A stretch of DNA of 51,280 nt. Source: Rhodospirillaceae bacterium (GTDB lineage: Bacteria; Pseudomonadota; Gammaproteobacteria; Steroidobacterales; Rariloculaceae). Made by a program: the position numbers and the translations under genes. The stretch's first letter is position 1. Each line of letters starts with the position of its first letter. The stretch is from NCBI GenBank assembly GCA_037445815.1, contig JBBIJV010000002.1, forward strand, positions 1 through 51,280, given 5' to 3'. Below, piece after piece: positions 8,479 to 16,176 of this stretch. The notes beneath the pieces are model-generated. The model was not told where the DNA came from, did not search any database, and saw nothing but the letters and a program-made list of their open reading frames with translations.

Positions 8479-8769
8479 TTAGCTCGCGTCTTTGACGTGC
8501 GCCGGGTAGCCCGCGTTCGTTGACGCGGCGGCAATCTCTTTGAGATTCGTGACCGAGTCTTCATACGTGACGACCGCTTCTTTGCGATCGAAGCTCACGT
8601 CGACCGCGGACACACCGTCGACTCGTTCGATCGCCTTGGCGACCGTCACGGGACACAGGGCGCAGTACATTTTTTCGACCGTCAACGTCACCGTCTGCTG
8701 ACCGGCCCAGGCCGAACTCGCGCCCGTCCAGAGCACCAATACGCTCACAGCCGTAAATAACTTCTTCAT
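8479..8769 (-). CDS. merP: Periplasmic mercury-binding protein MerP (variant metal motif)
   Basis: ATG at 8769 follows AAGGAG. Translation is MKKLFTAVSVLVLWTGASSAWAGQQTVTLTVEKMYCALCPVTVAKA...GVSAVDVSFDRKEAVVTY, clearly MerP-like. The motif is KMYCALC rather than GMTCxxC. Confidence 0.9.
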   Translation of the reverse strand: MKKLFTAVSVLVLWTGASSAWAGQQTVTLTVEKMYCALCPVTVAKAIERVDGVSAVDVSFDRKEAVVTYEDSVTNLKEIAAASTNAGYPAHVKDAS

Positions 8770-8791
8770 GAACAACTCCTTGGCTTTTTCG

Positions 8792-8812
8792 ATGGAGGTA
8801 TCGGACCTCCAT
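8792..8812. promoter_or_regulatory. Perfect 8-bp inverted repeat ATGGAGGT-N5-ACCTCCAT just upstream of the merP RBS
   Basis: Read directly from the sequence. It lies 10-30 nt upstream of the merP Shine-Dalgarno. It could be an operator or a 5'-UTR hairpin that sequesters SD-like GGAGG. Confidence 0.35.
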
Positions 8813-8815
8813 GCA

Positions 8816-8846
8816 AAGATAAAAGCTCGAGCTGCTACAGCTTCAA
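8816..8846 (-). promoter_or_regulatory. Weak candidate promoter for merP-merE: TTGAAG - 19 bp - TATCTT
   Basis: The minus strand reads TTGAAG CTGTAGCAGCTCGAGCTTT TATCTT. The spacer contains the palindrome AGCTCGAGCT, but it is off-centre. Confidence 0.3.
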
Positions 8847-9077
8847 GAGGTTTTTTTCGGGATTTCGTCACATTACGGCCCCTCAACGCGGGACCCTGCG
8901 TGCAAGTCATCCCCTCGCGAGCGCTGCCGGTTGATTCGCCTGAGAGCGACCTGGTGCAAAAGCGCGAAATAGTCATTCATTGACGGGACGCGCAACCCGC
9001 CAACTCTTCGGCGACCAGCGTGCCCTCGAACTCCAGATCCGGCCCGGCAGCATCGTGGACAACATATCGATCAGTGC

Positions 9078-9532
9078 TCATGAGCTCTCTCCCCTTGAGC
9101 CCGAGCTAGCCGCTTCGCCCGCTTCGGGTGCGGTCGGCGTGATAGTCCGGTTCTCCACACGCGGCGCGGACACGCGATCAAACTCTCGCGTGTCGTTCGT
9201 GACGACCGTCAAGTCGTTCGCAAGCGCGATCGCCGGGATCAACAAGTCGCAGTCGCCGATCGGATTGTGACGCAGCCGAAAGCGCAGATCACCGTGCATT
9301 TCTGCGGCCGTCCTATCGAAGGTGTAGACGGCATACGGGTCGAGAAACCGATTCCAAAGCTCGCGCTTGCCTGCTGGCTCGGCGTGCTTGGCGGCTCCAT
9401 GCACAGTTCCGCGATGCTGATCGCAGAGACCGCGACCTCCTCCGGACTGCGCCTTTGCAGGCGCTCGCGCACTGCAGTGGGCCGTCCTCGCTGAGCATGA
9501 ATCAGCGCGGTCGTGTCGAGCAGGCACGTCAT
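9078..9532 (-). pseudogene. vapC: Frameshifted PIN-domain toxin VapC
   Basis: The N-terminal frame gives MTCLLDTTALIHAQRGRPTAVRERLQRRSPEEVAVSAISIAEL. The C-terminal part is in another frame: ...NRFLDPYAVYTFDRTAAEMHGDLRFRLRHNPIGDCDLLIPAIALANDLTVVTNDTREFDRV. One frameshift lies near 9390. Confidence 0.7.
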
Positions 9533-9630
9533 GCGTCATCGTCGCTGGTGAGATCCGACAGCGCGCCGTCCAGCGGCTCGACCTCGCCTAGCTCGAGTTC
9601 GCCTTGATGCTGGTCGACCCAGTGCCATGC
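9529..9630 (-). pseudogene. Probable 5'-truncated antitoxin remnant
   Basis: A 33-codon open frame, AWHWVDQHQGELELGEVEPLDGALSDLTSDDDA, has its TGA overlapping the vapC ATG (ATGA). An in-frame stop sits immediately upstream and no start codon is present. Confidence 0.3.
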
Positions 9631-10027
9631 TCAGGGGCGCCGCTACTTGGCGCAGCGCTAGCGCTCGGTGGCGTATTTTGCGGGGTACCTTCCGGCGTCG
9701 ACCGGGTCAGAACCTAACCGCCATGCGGCCGGAGCCTTGACGTCGGCTCCGGCCCCGGGGGAGCCAACATCCTCGTAAAAACAATGGGGTACCCAGATCT
9801 GAGCTGGGTATCACCTTTCCTGCCACCGGGCGCCGATCTCGGCACATAGTTGGTCCCATACCGAACGAGCACGCCGCGGCCACGTTGGCCCAAAATCATT
9901 CGCGGCTCGGTCGCATATTGCCGAAATCATCGGCTCGCAATGATGACATCCATCGTCAGGCTGTTTACGAGCGCGGCCGTCGTCGGCAGAAACGAAGCAC
10001 AATGCAGCGAACGACGGCTCATCGCCG

Positions 10028-12142
10028 CTACTCGACTCGGAACTGAACGCCGAAGTACGCAGACCGCGGCTCGCCGGGATTGAGAATCCGATCGCTCGTG
10101 GCCGCAACGTTACGAACCGAGTGACTCACGACGTACTCTTCGTCTTCAAGGTTGCGGAACTCTGCGTACACCCGCCAGCGCTCGTTCGCCCAACCGGCGC
10201 GCATCCCGAGCAGTGTGTAGGAGTTGATGCGGTATGTGTTCGCGAAGTCGGCGAAGCGCTCGCCGACGAAGTCGAACGTCGGGCCGACGTAGAAGCCGTT
10301 CGCGGACCGATAGACAAGCTCGCCTCTCGCGAAATATTCCGGTGCAGCGGGGAGATCGTTGTCGCCGTAGTTCGAGTCGTTGTCGAAACTGTGGTCGTTG
10401 ATCGTCAAGCTGAGCAGCGGCGAGATAGCCCGATCCGACCGGCCACCGACTGCAAACGTCGCGCTCACCACAGCCTCTAGGCCCGAGTGGATCGTGCGGT
10501 CGATATTCGTCACGAGGCTCGTGCCGGGGGCGCTCGGGTCCTCGACTGACAAGATCTCGTCGTCGATCTCGGCGTAGTAGAGCGAGACATCCCAGCCCCA
10601 ACGATGGCCCGCGCTGAAGTCCCGCCCGCCGCGTGTGCCGACCTCTGCGACCGTGCCTTCCATGGCGCTCAAGGCCTCTCCGACCGCAACGTTGTCTTCG
10701 AGCTCGAAGCTCGTCGGTGGCTCGAAGAGACGGCTGAGGTTTCCATAAACACTCGCGCCGTCGCCGACAGCATGGACCACGCCGAGCCGTGGATTGATGC
10801 CGTCATATTTGCCCCGCGGATTGTAGAGGGCGCCGCTCGCGGCGTCGGTATTGCGAACCTCGCGATCGGCAGAGACCGCCTGAGCGGCTAGGATCAATTT
10901 GGTCCGATCGCTGACCCGCCAGCTGTCCGTCACGAACGCTTCGGTCGTCGAGGAATCATTGTCGACCGACGTCGTCAAGCCATTCGGTGCGCCGCGGAGA
11001 TTCCGGTAGTTGCCGCCCTCGACGTCGCTTTCGCCGTAGTTGAGACCCAAAAGCAAATCGTGATTGCCCGCGCGTCGGCTATAACGCAGCATCGCACCCG
11101 CGTCCCGGTGGTCGGTGTCGATCAGCAAGCTGAAGATCTCGACGCCGCCGAAGGCCACCCAGACGATCGGATGAAATAGCGACTGCTCCTCGATCGACAG
11201 GCCGAAGTCGAGCTGCCGATTCTCGTCGATCTGCCAGCTCGTCTTGTTCGCGAGCCGTAACGTTTCGACATTGAGCTGATAGTGGCCGTCGACCGCAGCT
11301 TGGCTCGCGCGGCCAGGATCCGCATCGAGCTCCGCACGCGTCAGCGAGCCCGGCAGCTCTTGGTCGTTCTCGAGGTACGCGACGAAGAAACGCGTCGCAA
11401 CGTTCTCGCCGGCCTGCCACCCCGCGTTGGCATAAAGCCCGCGGCGGTCTTGTTCATTGTGCTCACGATAGCCATCCCACCGTTTGCCTTCGAGCGTCAA
11501 CATGCCGTCGAACGACTCGTCGAACACCCCGCCGAGACTCAAACGCCCGAGCGTCTGCCCGTGACTGCCTGCGTTCAGCGCGACGTCCAGGCGCGAGCTG
11601 TCGCGCGCCGTCGGCGTGATGAAATTAATCGCGCCGCCGAGCGTGCTCGCGCCATACGTCAACGCGTTCGCGCCGCGGGCCACGGTGGCGTAGCGCGCGG
11701 CGAGCGGGTCGATGATGCGGTTGTGATTGTTGCCGTCCGCCGTCGTGACCGGCAGCCCGTCTTGCAACAGCTTGATGCCGTTCATGTCCCAATCGGTGGC
11801 GTCCAGATTGGAACCGCGGCTCGAGAAGAACATGTCGTCATTGCCGGTGTCGCTCACTGACCAGATGCCCGGCACGTATCGCAGCACATCAGCGAGACTC
11901 CCCACTTGACGCTCAAGGAAGTCCTCCATGTCGATCAGGCTTGCGCCGCCCGGCGTGAGCGCGATCTCCGCTTCGAGTGCTCGTCCGAGTTCATCGTCGC
12001 GGGCGCGCCCCGTGCGCGGGAAAACTTCGAGCCGCGATCTCGCTTCACTCTCCTGACTGTGAGCCGGCGACGCCGCGAAAAGCCAACAGAGCTGGGTTAC
12101 GCACACGGCCGCAACCAGTAGATCGAGGAGATGTCGACGCAA
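10028..12142 (-). CDS. TonB-dependent outer-membrane receptor
   Basis: The plug region is LADVLRYVPGIW...SSRGSNL...LLQDGLP...YGASTLGGAINFIT. A long beta-barrel follows and ends YFGVQFRVE. I chose the TTG start at 12142 (GGAG 8 nt upstream), which gives the signal peptide (M)RRHLLDLLVAAVCVTQLCWLFAASPAHS. The longer ORF N-terminus is Arg-rich and implausible. Confidence 0.85.
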   Translation of the reverse strand: MRRHLLDLLVAAVCVTQLCWLFAASPAHSQESEARSRLEVFPRTGRARDDELGRALEAEIALTPGGASLIDMEDFLERQVGSLADVLRYVPGIWSVSDTGNDDMFFSSRGSNLDATDWDMNGIKLLQDGLPVTTADGNNHNRIIDPLAARYATVARGANALTYGASTLGGAINFITPTARDSSRLDVALNAGSHGQTLGRLSLGGVFDESFDGMLTLEGKRWDGYREHNEQDRRGLYANAGWQAGENVATRFFVAYLENDQELPGSLTRAELDADPGRASQAAVDGHYQLNVETLRLANKTSWQIDENRQLDFGLSIEEQSLFHPIVWVAFGGVEIFSLLIDTDHRDAGAMLRYSRRAGNHDLLLGLNYGESDVEGGNYRNLRGAPNGLTTSVDNDSSTTEAFVTDSWRVSDRTKLILAAQAVSADREVRNTDAASGALYNPRGKYDGINPRLGVVHAVGDGASVYGNLSRLFEPPTSFELEDNVAVGEALSAMEGTVAEVGTRGGRDFSAGHRWGWDVSLYYAEIDDEILSVEDPSAPGTSLVTNIDRTIHSGLEAVVSATFAVGGRSDRAISPLLSLTINDHSFDNDSNYGDNDLPAAPEYFARGELVYRSANGFYVGPTFDFVGERFADFANTYRINSYTLLGMRAGWANERWRVYAEFRNLEDEEYVVSHSVRNVAATSDRILNPGEPRSAYFGVQFRVE

Positions 12143-12293
12143 AGGCGTTGCTCCATATCGACGGGCCTGCGAGAGATTGTAGAGAGCAACGCACTCGGAG
12201 CCGATGCGGCATATTGCCGCAGGGGTGTAACACTCTTGCTGAGCGCGCCGGTGCGACAAATCGTCGCGACGCAGTCGCACAAAATGACGAGAT

Positions 12294-12833
12294 CTACTCG
12301 GGCGTCGGCCGCTTCGCGAGCTTGCGCTGCAGCGTTCGTCGGTGCATTCGCAACGCTCGTGCCGTGGCGGAAACATTGCCGCCGTGCTCAACGAGAACGC
12401 GCTGGAGGTGCTCCCACTCGAGCCGCCGCGGCGACATCAGGACCGGCGCGTCAGGTTGCGATTCCGCGTTCCCGCGGCTCAACGCGGTGGCGACGACGGC
12501 GCCGGTGACCGGCTTCGCGAGATAGTCGTCGGCGCCGAGCTTGATCGCTTGCACGGCCGTCGCAATGCTCGCGTAGCCCGTCAGCACGACAATGCGCATG
12601 CAGGGGCTCGCCTCGCGGAGTGGCTTTATCAAGCTCAGGCCGTCATCCGTATCGAGCCTCAAGTCGACGACGGCAGCGTCCGGCACGGCCACGGAGACAG
12701 CGGCGAGCGCTCCGTGCGCGGAGTGCGCCATTCGCGTCGACCACCCGCGCCGCTCGAGCACTCGAGCAAGCGTGCTTGCAAACGGTACGTCGTCGTCGAT
12801 AACGAGAACCGACAAGGCCCTTTCAATGTGCAT
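12294..12833 (-). CDS. regA: RegA/PrrA/ActR-type response regulator (REC + Fis-type HTH)
   Basis: The receiver domain is VLVIDDDVPFASTLARVL...DLRLDTDDGLSLI. The C-terminus, NVSATARALRMHRRTLQRKLAK, is characteristic of the RegA family. Confidence 0.85.
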   Translation of the reverse strand: MHIERALSVLVIDDDVPFASTLARVLERRGWSTRMAHSAHGALAAVSVAVPDAAVVDLRLDTDDGLSLIKPLREASPCMRIVVLTGYASIATAVQAIKLGADDYLAKPVTGAVVATALSRGNAESQPDAPVLMSPRRLEWEHLQRVLVEHGGNVSATARALRMHRRTLQRKLAKRPTPE

Positions 12834-14110
12834 CGATCAACAATCCCTTGAGCGGCAAATCGATCCTCGCTTCGACGCCGCCGGCCGGCCGGCTCAGGAG
12901 CTTGAGATCGCCACCGAACCGCTGAAGTGCCGCGCGGGACAGCAAGAGTCCTATCCCGAGCCCGTGATCCTTGGTCGACAGCACTCTGACACCGATTTCG
13001 CTGCGTAGCGCCGGGTCGACGCCCACTCCGTTGTCGAGCACCGCTATCGCGAGCCGGCCGTCTCCGCAACGTGCGCGGACCTCGATCTCTGAACGGCGGT
13101 TCGACCGTGTCGCATGCGCGGCGTTGTCGAGCACACTGCGAATCGCCTGCTCGATCGTCGCCTCGGCGACGATCGACAATTCCGGCTCCGACAAGTCATA
13201 GCTCACCTTCACCGTGATGGCCGGATGCGCGTCGCTCCACTCGGCGATCACCTTCTCCAAGAAGGTTCTCACACCCACCCAGCGCGCGCCCTCGCTTCGC
13301 TCGGCGCCGACACGCTTGGCGATCGCATTGAGCCTGCGATTCATGAGTTCGATTTGCTCGTTCATGCCGTGAAGCTGGCGCTTGTGCTCCGGGTCCACGG
13401 TGGTCTCTTGGAGCTCCTCGACGAGCAACATCAACGTCGAGAGCGGCGTATTGAGCTCGTGCGCCGTGCCGGCGGCGAGCGTGCCGAGCGCGACGATTTG
13501 CTGGTCACGCAACGCGGCTTCGCGCATGAAAGCGAGCTCTCGGTCCCGCGCGCGGAGCAAGCGCGCCATGCGGGCGACGAAGAACAAGATCAGCGCGGCG
13601 GCGACGAGGAAGTTGATCCACATGCCGACGACGTGCAGGTCGAAATCCCCGCCGAACCGACCGTGCACGGAAGGCAGCGGAACGTGCCGCGCGAGGAGCA
13701 GCGAATAGCCTGCACCGCACAGGATTCCCAGGATCCATGCATAGCTGGCCGGAAGCGATGTCGCCGCCAGAGCAATCGGCACGAGATACAAGGAAACGAA
13801 CGGATTGGTCGGGCCGCCGGTCAGGTAGATGACGGAGGTGAACGCCGCAATGTCGAGGGCGAAATTGAGGGCTACCTCGCCATGAGACACGCTGCTCGCG
13901 CGGCGCAGCCGCCATAACACGAACGCGTTCCAAGCCGCGAGCGCGCTGATCGCGACGGCGAGCGGGCCGAGCGGCAATGCGATGCCAAGGCCCTCGTGCA
14001 CGCCCGCCACAACGAGGGCCTGCGAGGCAATTGCCACGATTCGAAGCCAAAACAGGAGGCGAAGCGCTTCGATGGGCTCGGCGGGTTCGCCGGCACTAGA
14101 ACAACTCATG
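12823..14110 (-). CDS. regB: RegB/PrrB/ActS-type membrane sensor histidine kinase
   Basis: Multiple N-terminal TM helices are present. The H-box is GTAHELNTPLSTL and the ATPase G-boxes are DNGVGV and GLGIGL. Overlaps regA by 11 nt. The start is ATG 14110 or GTG 14127. Confidence 0.8.
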
Positions 14111-14164
14111 ATCGGCCCGCCTTGCACGGACTTATTGTGTCACACGGAGATCGGAAGAGCATCC

Positions 14165-14181
14165 TGCGACAATTTGTCGCA
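14165..14181. promoter_or_regulatory. Palindrome TGCGACAATTTGTCGCA matching the RegA/PrrA/RegR-type box (GCGNC-N5-GNCGC)
   Basis: A perfect 8-1-8 inverted repeat, about 40-55 nt upstream of the regB start. The consensus is recalled from the literature on RegA, PrrA and RegR. Confidence 0.45.
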
Positions 14182-14429
14182 TGCGACTACCTCGGCCGTC
14201 TTCGCGCGCCCAGTGCGTCAGAACTTTCGAGTCAAATACGCGCACCGCCATCGCGTATAGCGGCCCCGCCGTTCAAGCTTTTCCAGAAACTTCCACGCAA
14301 AGAACCCGGCGTCAGTTTGCGACGCTCCCCCTCATGTACGACGCACGAGACTGACCGGAAGTGCCCTTCTTCTTCGCCATGCGGCGATTGCGGCCGCGGC
14401 CGGGCCCGATCGTCGGATCTTTCTCCCGT

Positions 14430-14450
14430 TCATGACACGTGATGTCATGA
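14430..14450. promoter_or_regulatory. Inverted repeat TCATGACA-N5-TGTCATGA upstream of the WYL regulator gene
   Basis: Perfect 8-bp arms, 22 nt upstream of the ATG at 14472. Candidate autoregulatory operator. Confidence 0.3.
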
Positions 14451-14471
14451 TTATCGGGTACGGTATAGCCC

Positions 14472-15515
14472 ATGCGAGCCGACCGACTCATCTCCATCGT
14501 TCTACTGCTCCAGGCCAACGGCCGGATGACGGCCGAGACGCTCGCCTCGCGCCTAGAGGTTTCGCAACGCACAATCCTGCGCGACATGGACGCTTTGAGC
14601 AGCGCCGGCGTCCCGGTCGTGGCCGAGCGCGGCAGCGGCGGCGGCTGGCGGCTCATCGGCGGGTACGAGACGAAGCTCACGGGCCTCACGCCGGCCGAGA
14701 TTCGCTCGCTGTTCCTCGCCCGCCCGCCGGCGTTGCTCGCCGAGCTTGGGCTCAAGGAGGCCGCGGACGCCGCGTGGCTCAAGCTTCGTGCCGCCCTGCC
14801 TGTCGGCATTCGCGAGCAGGCGGAGTTCGTGCGCGAGCGCATCTTGATCGACTCGCGCAACTGGCGCGACTCGACGGAATCGCTGACGAGCTTGCCCATG
14901 ATTCTCGAAGCGCTGTGGAGCGGCCAGAGGCTCCGTTTCCTCTACGAGAAAGCCGACGGCGAGGCCAGCGAACGGCAAGTCGACCCGCTCGGCGTCGTGG
15001 CGCGCGCGAACCGCTGGTACCTCGTCGCGGCCAAAGGCGAAGAGCAGCGCACGTACCGGGTGTCGCGGATCCAGTCCGCCGAGCTCCTGCCGGAGCGCGC
15101 GAGCCGGCCCGAGGGCTTCGATCTGTCCGCGTACTGGGAAGCGTCGACGAACCGCTTCCGCGAGCACCTGCCGCGTTACGAGGCGACGTTCCTCGTCACG
15201 CACGACATCCTGCCGTGGGTGTGCTATCGCAGCTGGCGCGTGCTCGAGCGCGTGCAGGACGGCGAGCGCTTCCGCGTGTCGATGCGCTTCGACGCACCCG
15301 AGGAAGCGCGGCAGTTCGCGCTCGCGTTCGGCAGGGAGCTCGAGGTGCTCGAACCGCAGGAGCTGCGCGACTACGTGATCGCCTCGGCGCGCGCCGTCGT
15401 CGCGGCGTACTCGACGCCGCCCGTTCCGCACGCCGCGCCGTCGAACCAAGAACTCATCGATGCTGCGGCGGCACCTGCGACATCAGCGCGAGGAACCGCC
15501 CCTCGGGGTCCTTGA
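14472..15515 (+). CDS. YafY-family transcriptional regulator (HTH + WYL + WCX domains)
   Basis: The HTH is MRADRLISIVLLLQANGRMTAETLASRLEVSQRTILRDMDAL. The WYL core is DPLGVVARANRWYLVA...RTYRVSRI, and the C-terminal domain follows. Confidence 0.85.
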   Translation: MRADRLISIVLLLQANGRMTAETLASRLEVSQRTILRDMDALSSAGVPVVAERGSGGGWRLIGGYETKLTGLTPAEIRSLFLARPPALLAELGLKEAADAAWLKLRAALPVGIREQAEFVRERILIDSRNWRDSTESLTSLPMILEALWSGQRLRFLYEKADGEASERQVDPLGVVARANRWYLVAAKGEEQRTYRVSRIQSAELLPERASRPEGFDLSAYWEASTNRFREHLPRYEATFLVTHDILPWVCYRSWRVLERVQDGERFRVSMRFDAPEEARQFALAFGRELEVLEPQELRDYVIASARAVVAAYSTPPVPHAAPSNQELIDAAAAPATSARGTAPRGP

Positions 15516-16122
15516 AGAACGCCATCCATTCCTCGGTGCCGTCGGCGTGCCTGTGGATCATGTGCGGCGCGCCCTTGAACTCGACGCCGCGCGCGACGAG
15601 CTGGGCGTACGCCGCGCCGATGTCGTCCACGCGCAGGTACAACGTGGATTCCGGCGAGGGTTCTGCGCTCTCGGCGCTCAGATAGAGCCGCGTGCCGGCC
15701 AGGTCGAAGAACGCAAGCTTGCCGAACGTGTAAAGGTGCTTGAGTCCGAGCACCTGGCCGTACCACGCACAGGCTTCGTCGATGTCGCGAACGGTGCGCG
15801 AGATTTGGCCGATGGGACCGAGGCGGATCTCTTGCGTCGGCGTCATTCTCTTCTCCTCATTGGCGGCGCGGCGATAGGCGGCGCTGTCTTTCGGCACGCC
15901 GGCCCAGCGCCGCAAGTCGGCGCGCCCGCGCAAACCGAGCTTCGCGAGCGCGTTGCGCACATGGAACTTCACGGCGTCGCGGCTGACGCCGCGCCGCGCC
16001 GCGATGCGCGCGTCGCTCAGTCCGTGCCGGACGGCATGGACCACAGCCCACTCGGCCGGCGTCAGCAGGTCGTCGTGCGGCGGACGGCCGCGGCGCTGCG
16101 CAGGCTTACGGTTGCGGTGCAT
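15454..16122 (-). CDS. LuxR-type HTH fused to a VOC/glyoxalase-fold domain
   Basis: Starts at ATG 16122. The LuxR HTH is LTPAEWAVVHAVRHGLSDARIAARRGVSRDAVKFHVRNALAKLG. The VOC domain is IGQISRTVRDIDEACAWYGQVLGL...HADGTEEWMAFFKDPEGR. Both lie in one frame with no stop between them. Confidence 0.7.
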   Translation of the reverse strand: MHRNRKPAQRRGRPPHDDLLTPAEWAVVHAVRHGLSDARIAARRGVSRDAVKFHVRNALAKLGLRGRADLRRWAGVPKDSAAYRRAANEEKRMTPTQEIRLGPIGQISRTVRDIDEACAWYGQVLGLKHLYTFGKLAFFDLAGTRLYLSAESAEPSPESTLYLRVDDIGAAYAQLVARGVEFKGAPHMIHRHADGTEEWMAFFKDPEGRFLALMSQVPPQHR

Positions 16123-16176
16123 GGCGCCGATGGTAGCCTTCCGCCACCTGCATTTCCCTCCCCCTACGGGGCTGCC

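Noticed and set aside
8792-8812. Reading TTGCAT + 19 bp (the inverted repeat) + CGAAAA as a third MerR-type promoter
   Set aside because: The would-be -10 (CGAAAA) is poor. The implied transcription start would fall inside the merP Shine-Dalgarno. The repeat is kept only as an operator/hairpin candidate.
9757-9795. GGGGGAGCCAACATCCTCGTAAAAACAATGGGGTACCC as a possible Tn3/Tn21-family terminal inverted repeat
   Set aside because: It only loosely resembles the 38-bp IR consensus as I remember it. Its GGGG end faces the wrong way to delimit the mer region. No matching partner IR or tnpA/tnpR is visible.
12143-12391. Extra 83-codon N-terminal extension of the TonB-receptor ORF
   Set aside because: It is Arg/Cys-rich with no signal peptide. 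A TTG with GGAG upstream at 12142 yields a proper signal sequence. Similar spurious N-extensions were trimmed for the MerR-family gene, galU, comEA, the DMT transporter, rluB, the amidase, rmuC and yciK.
15460-16176. N-terminal 239 codons of the 745-aa ORF containing the amidase
   Set aside because: It is antisense to the LuxR-VOC gene. The amidase homology and lipoprotein signal begin at ATG 16177.
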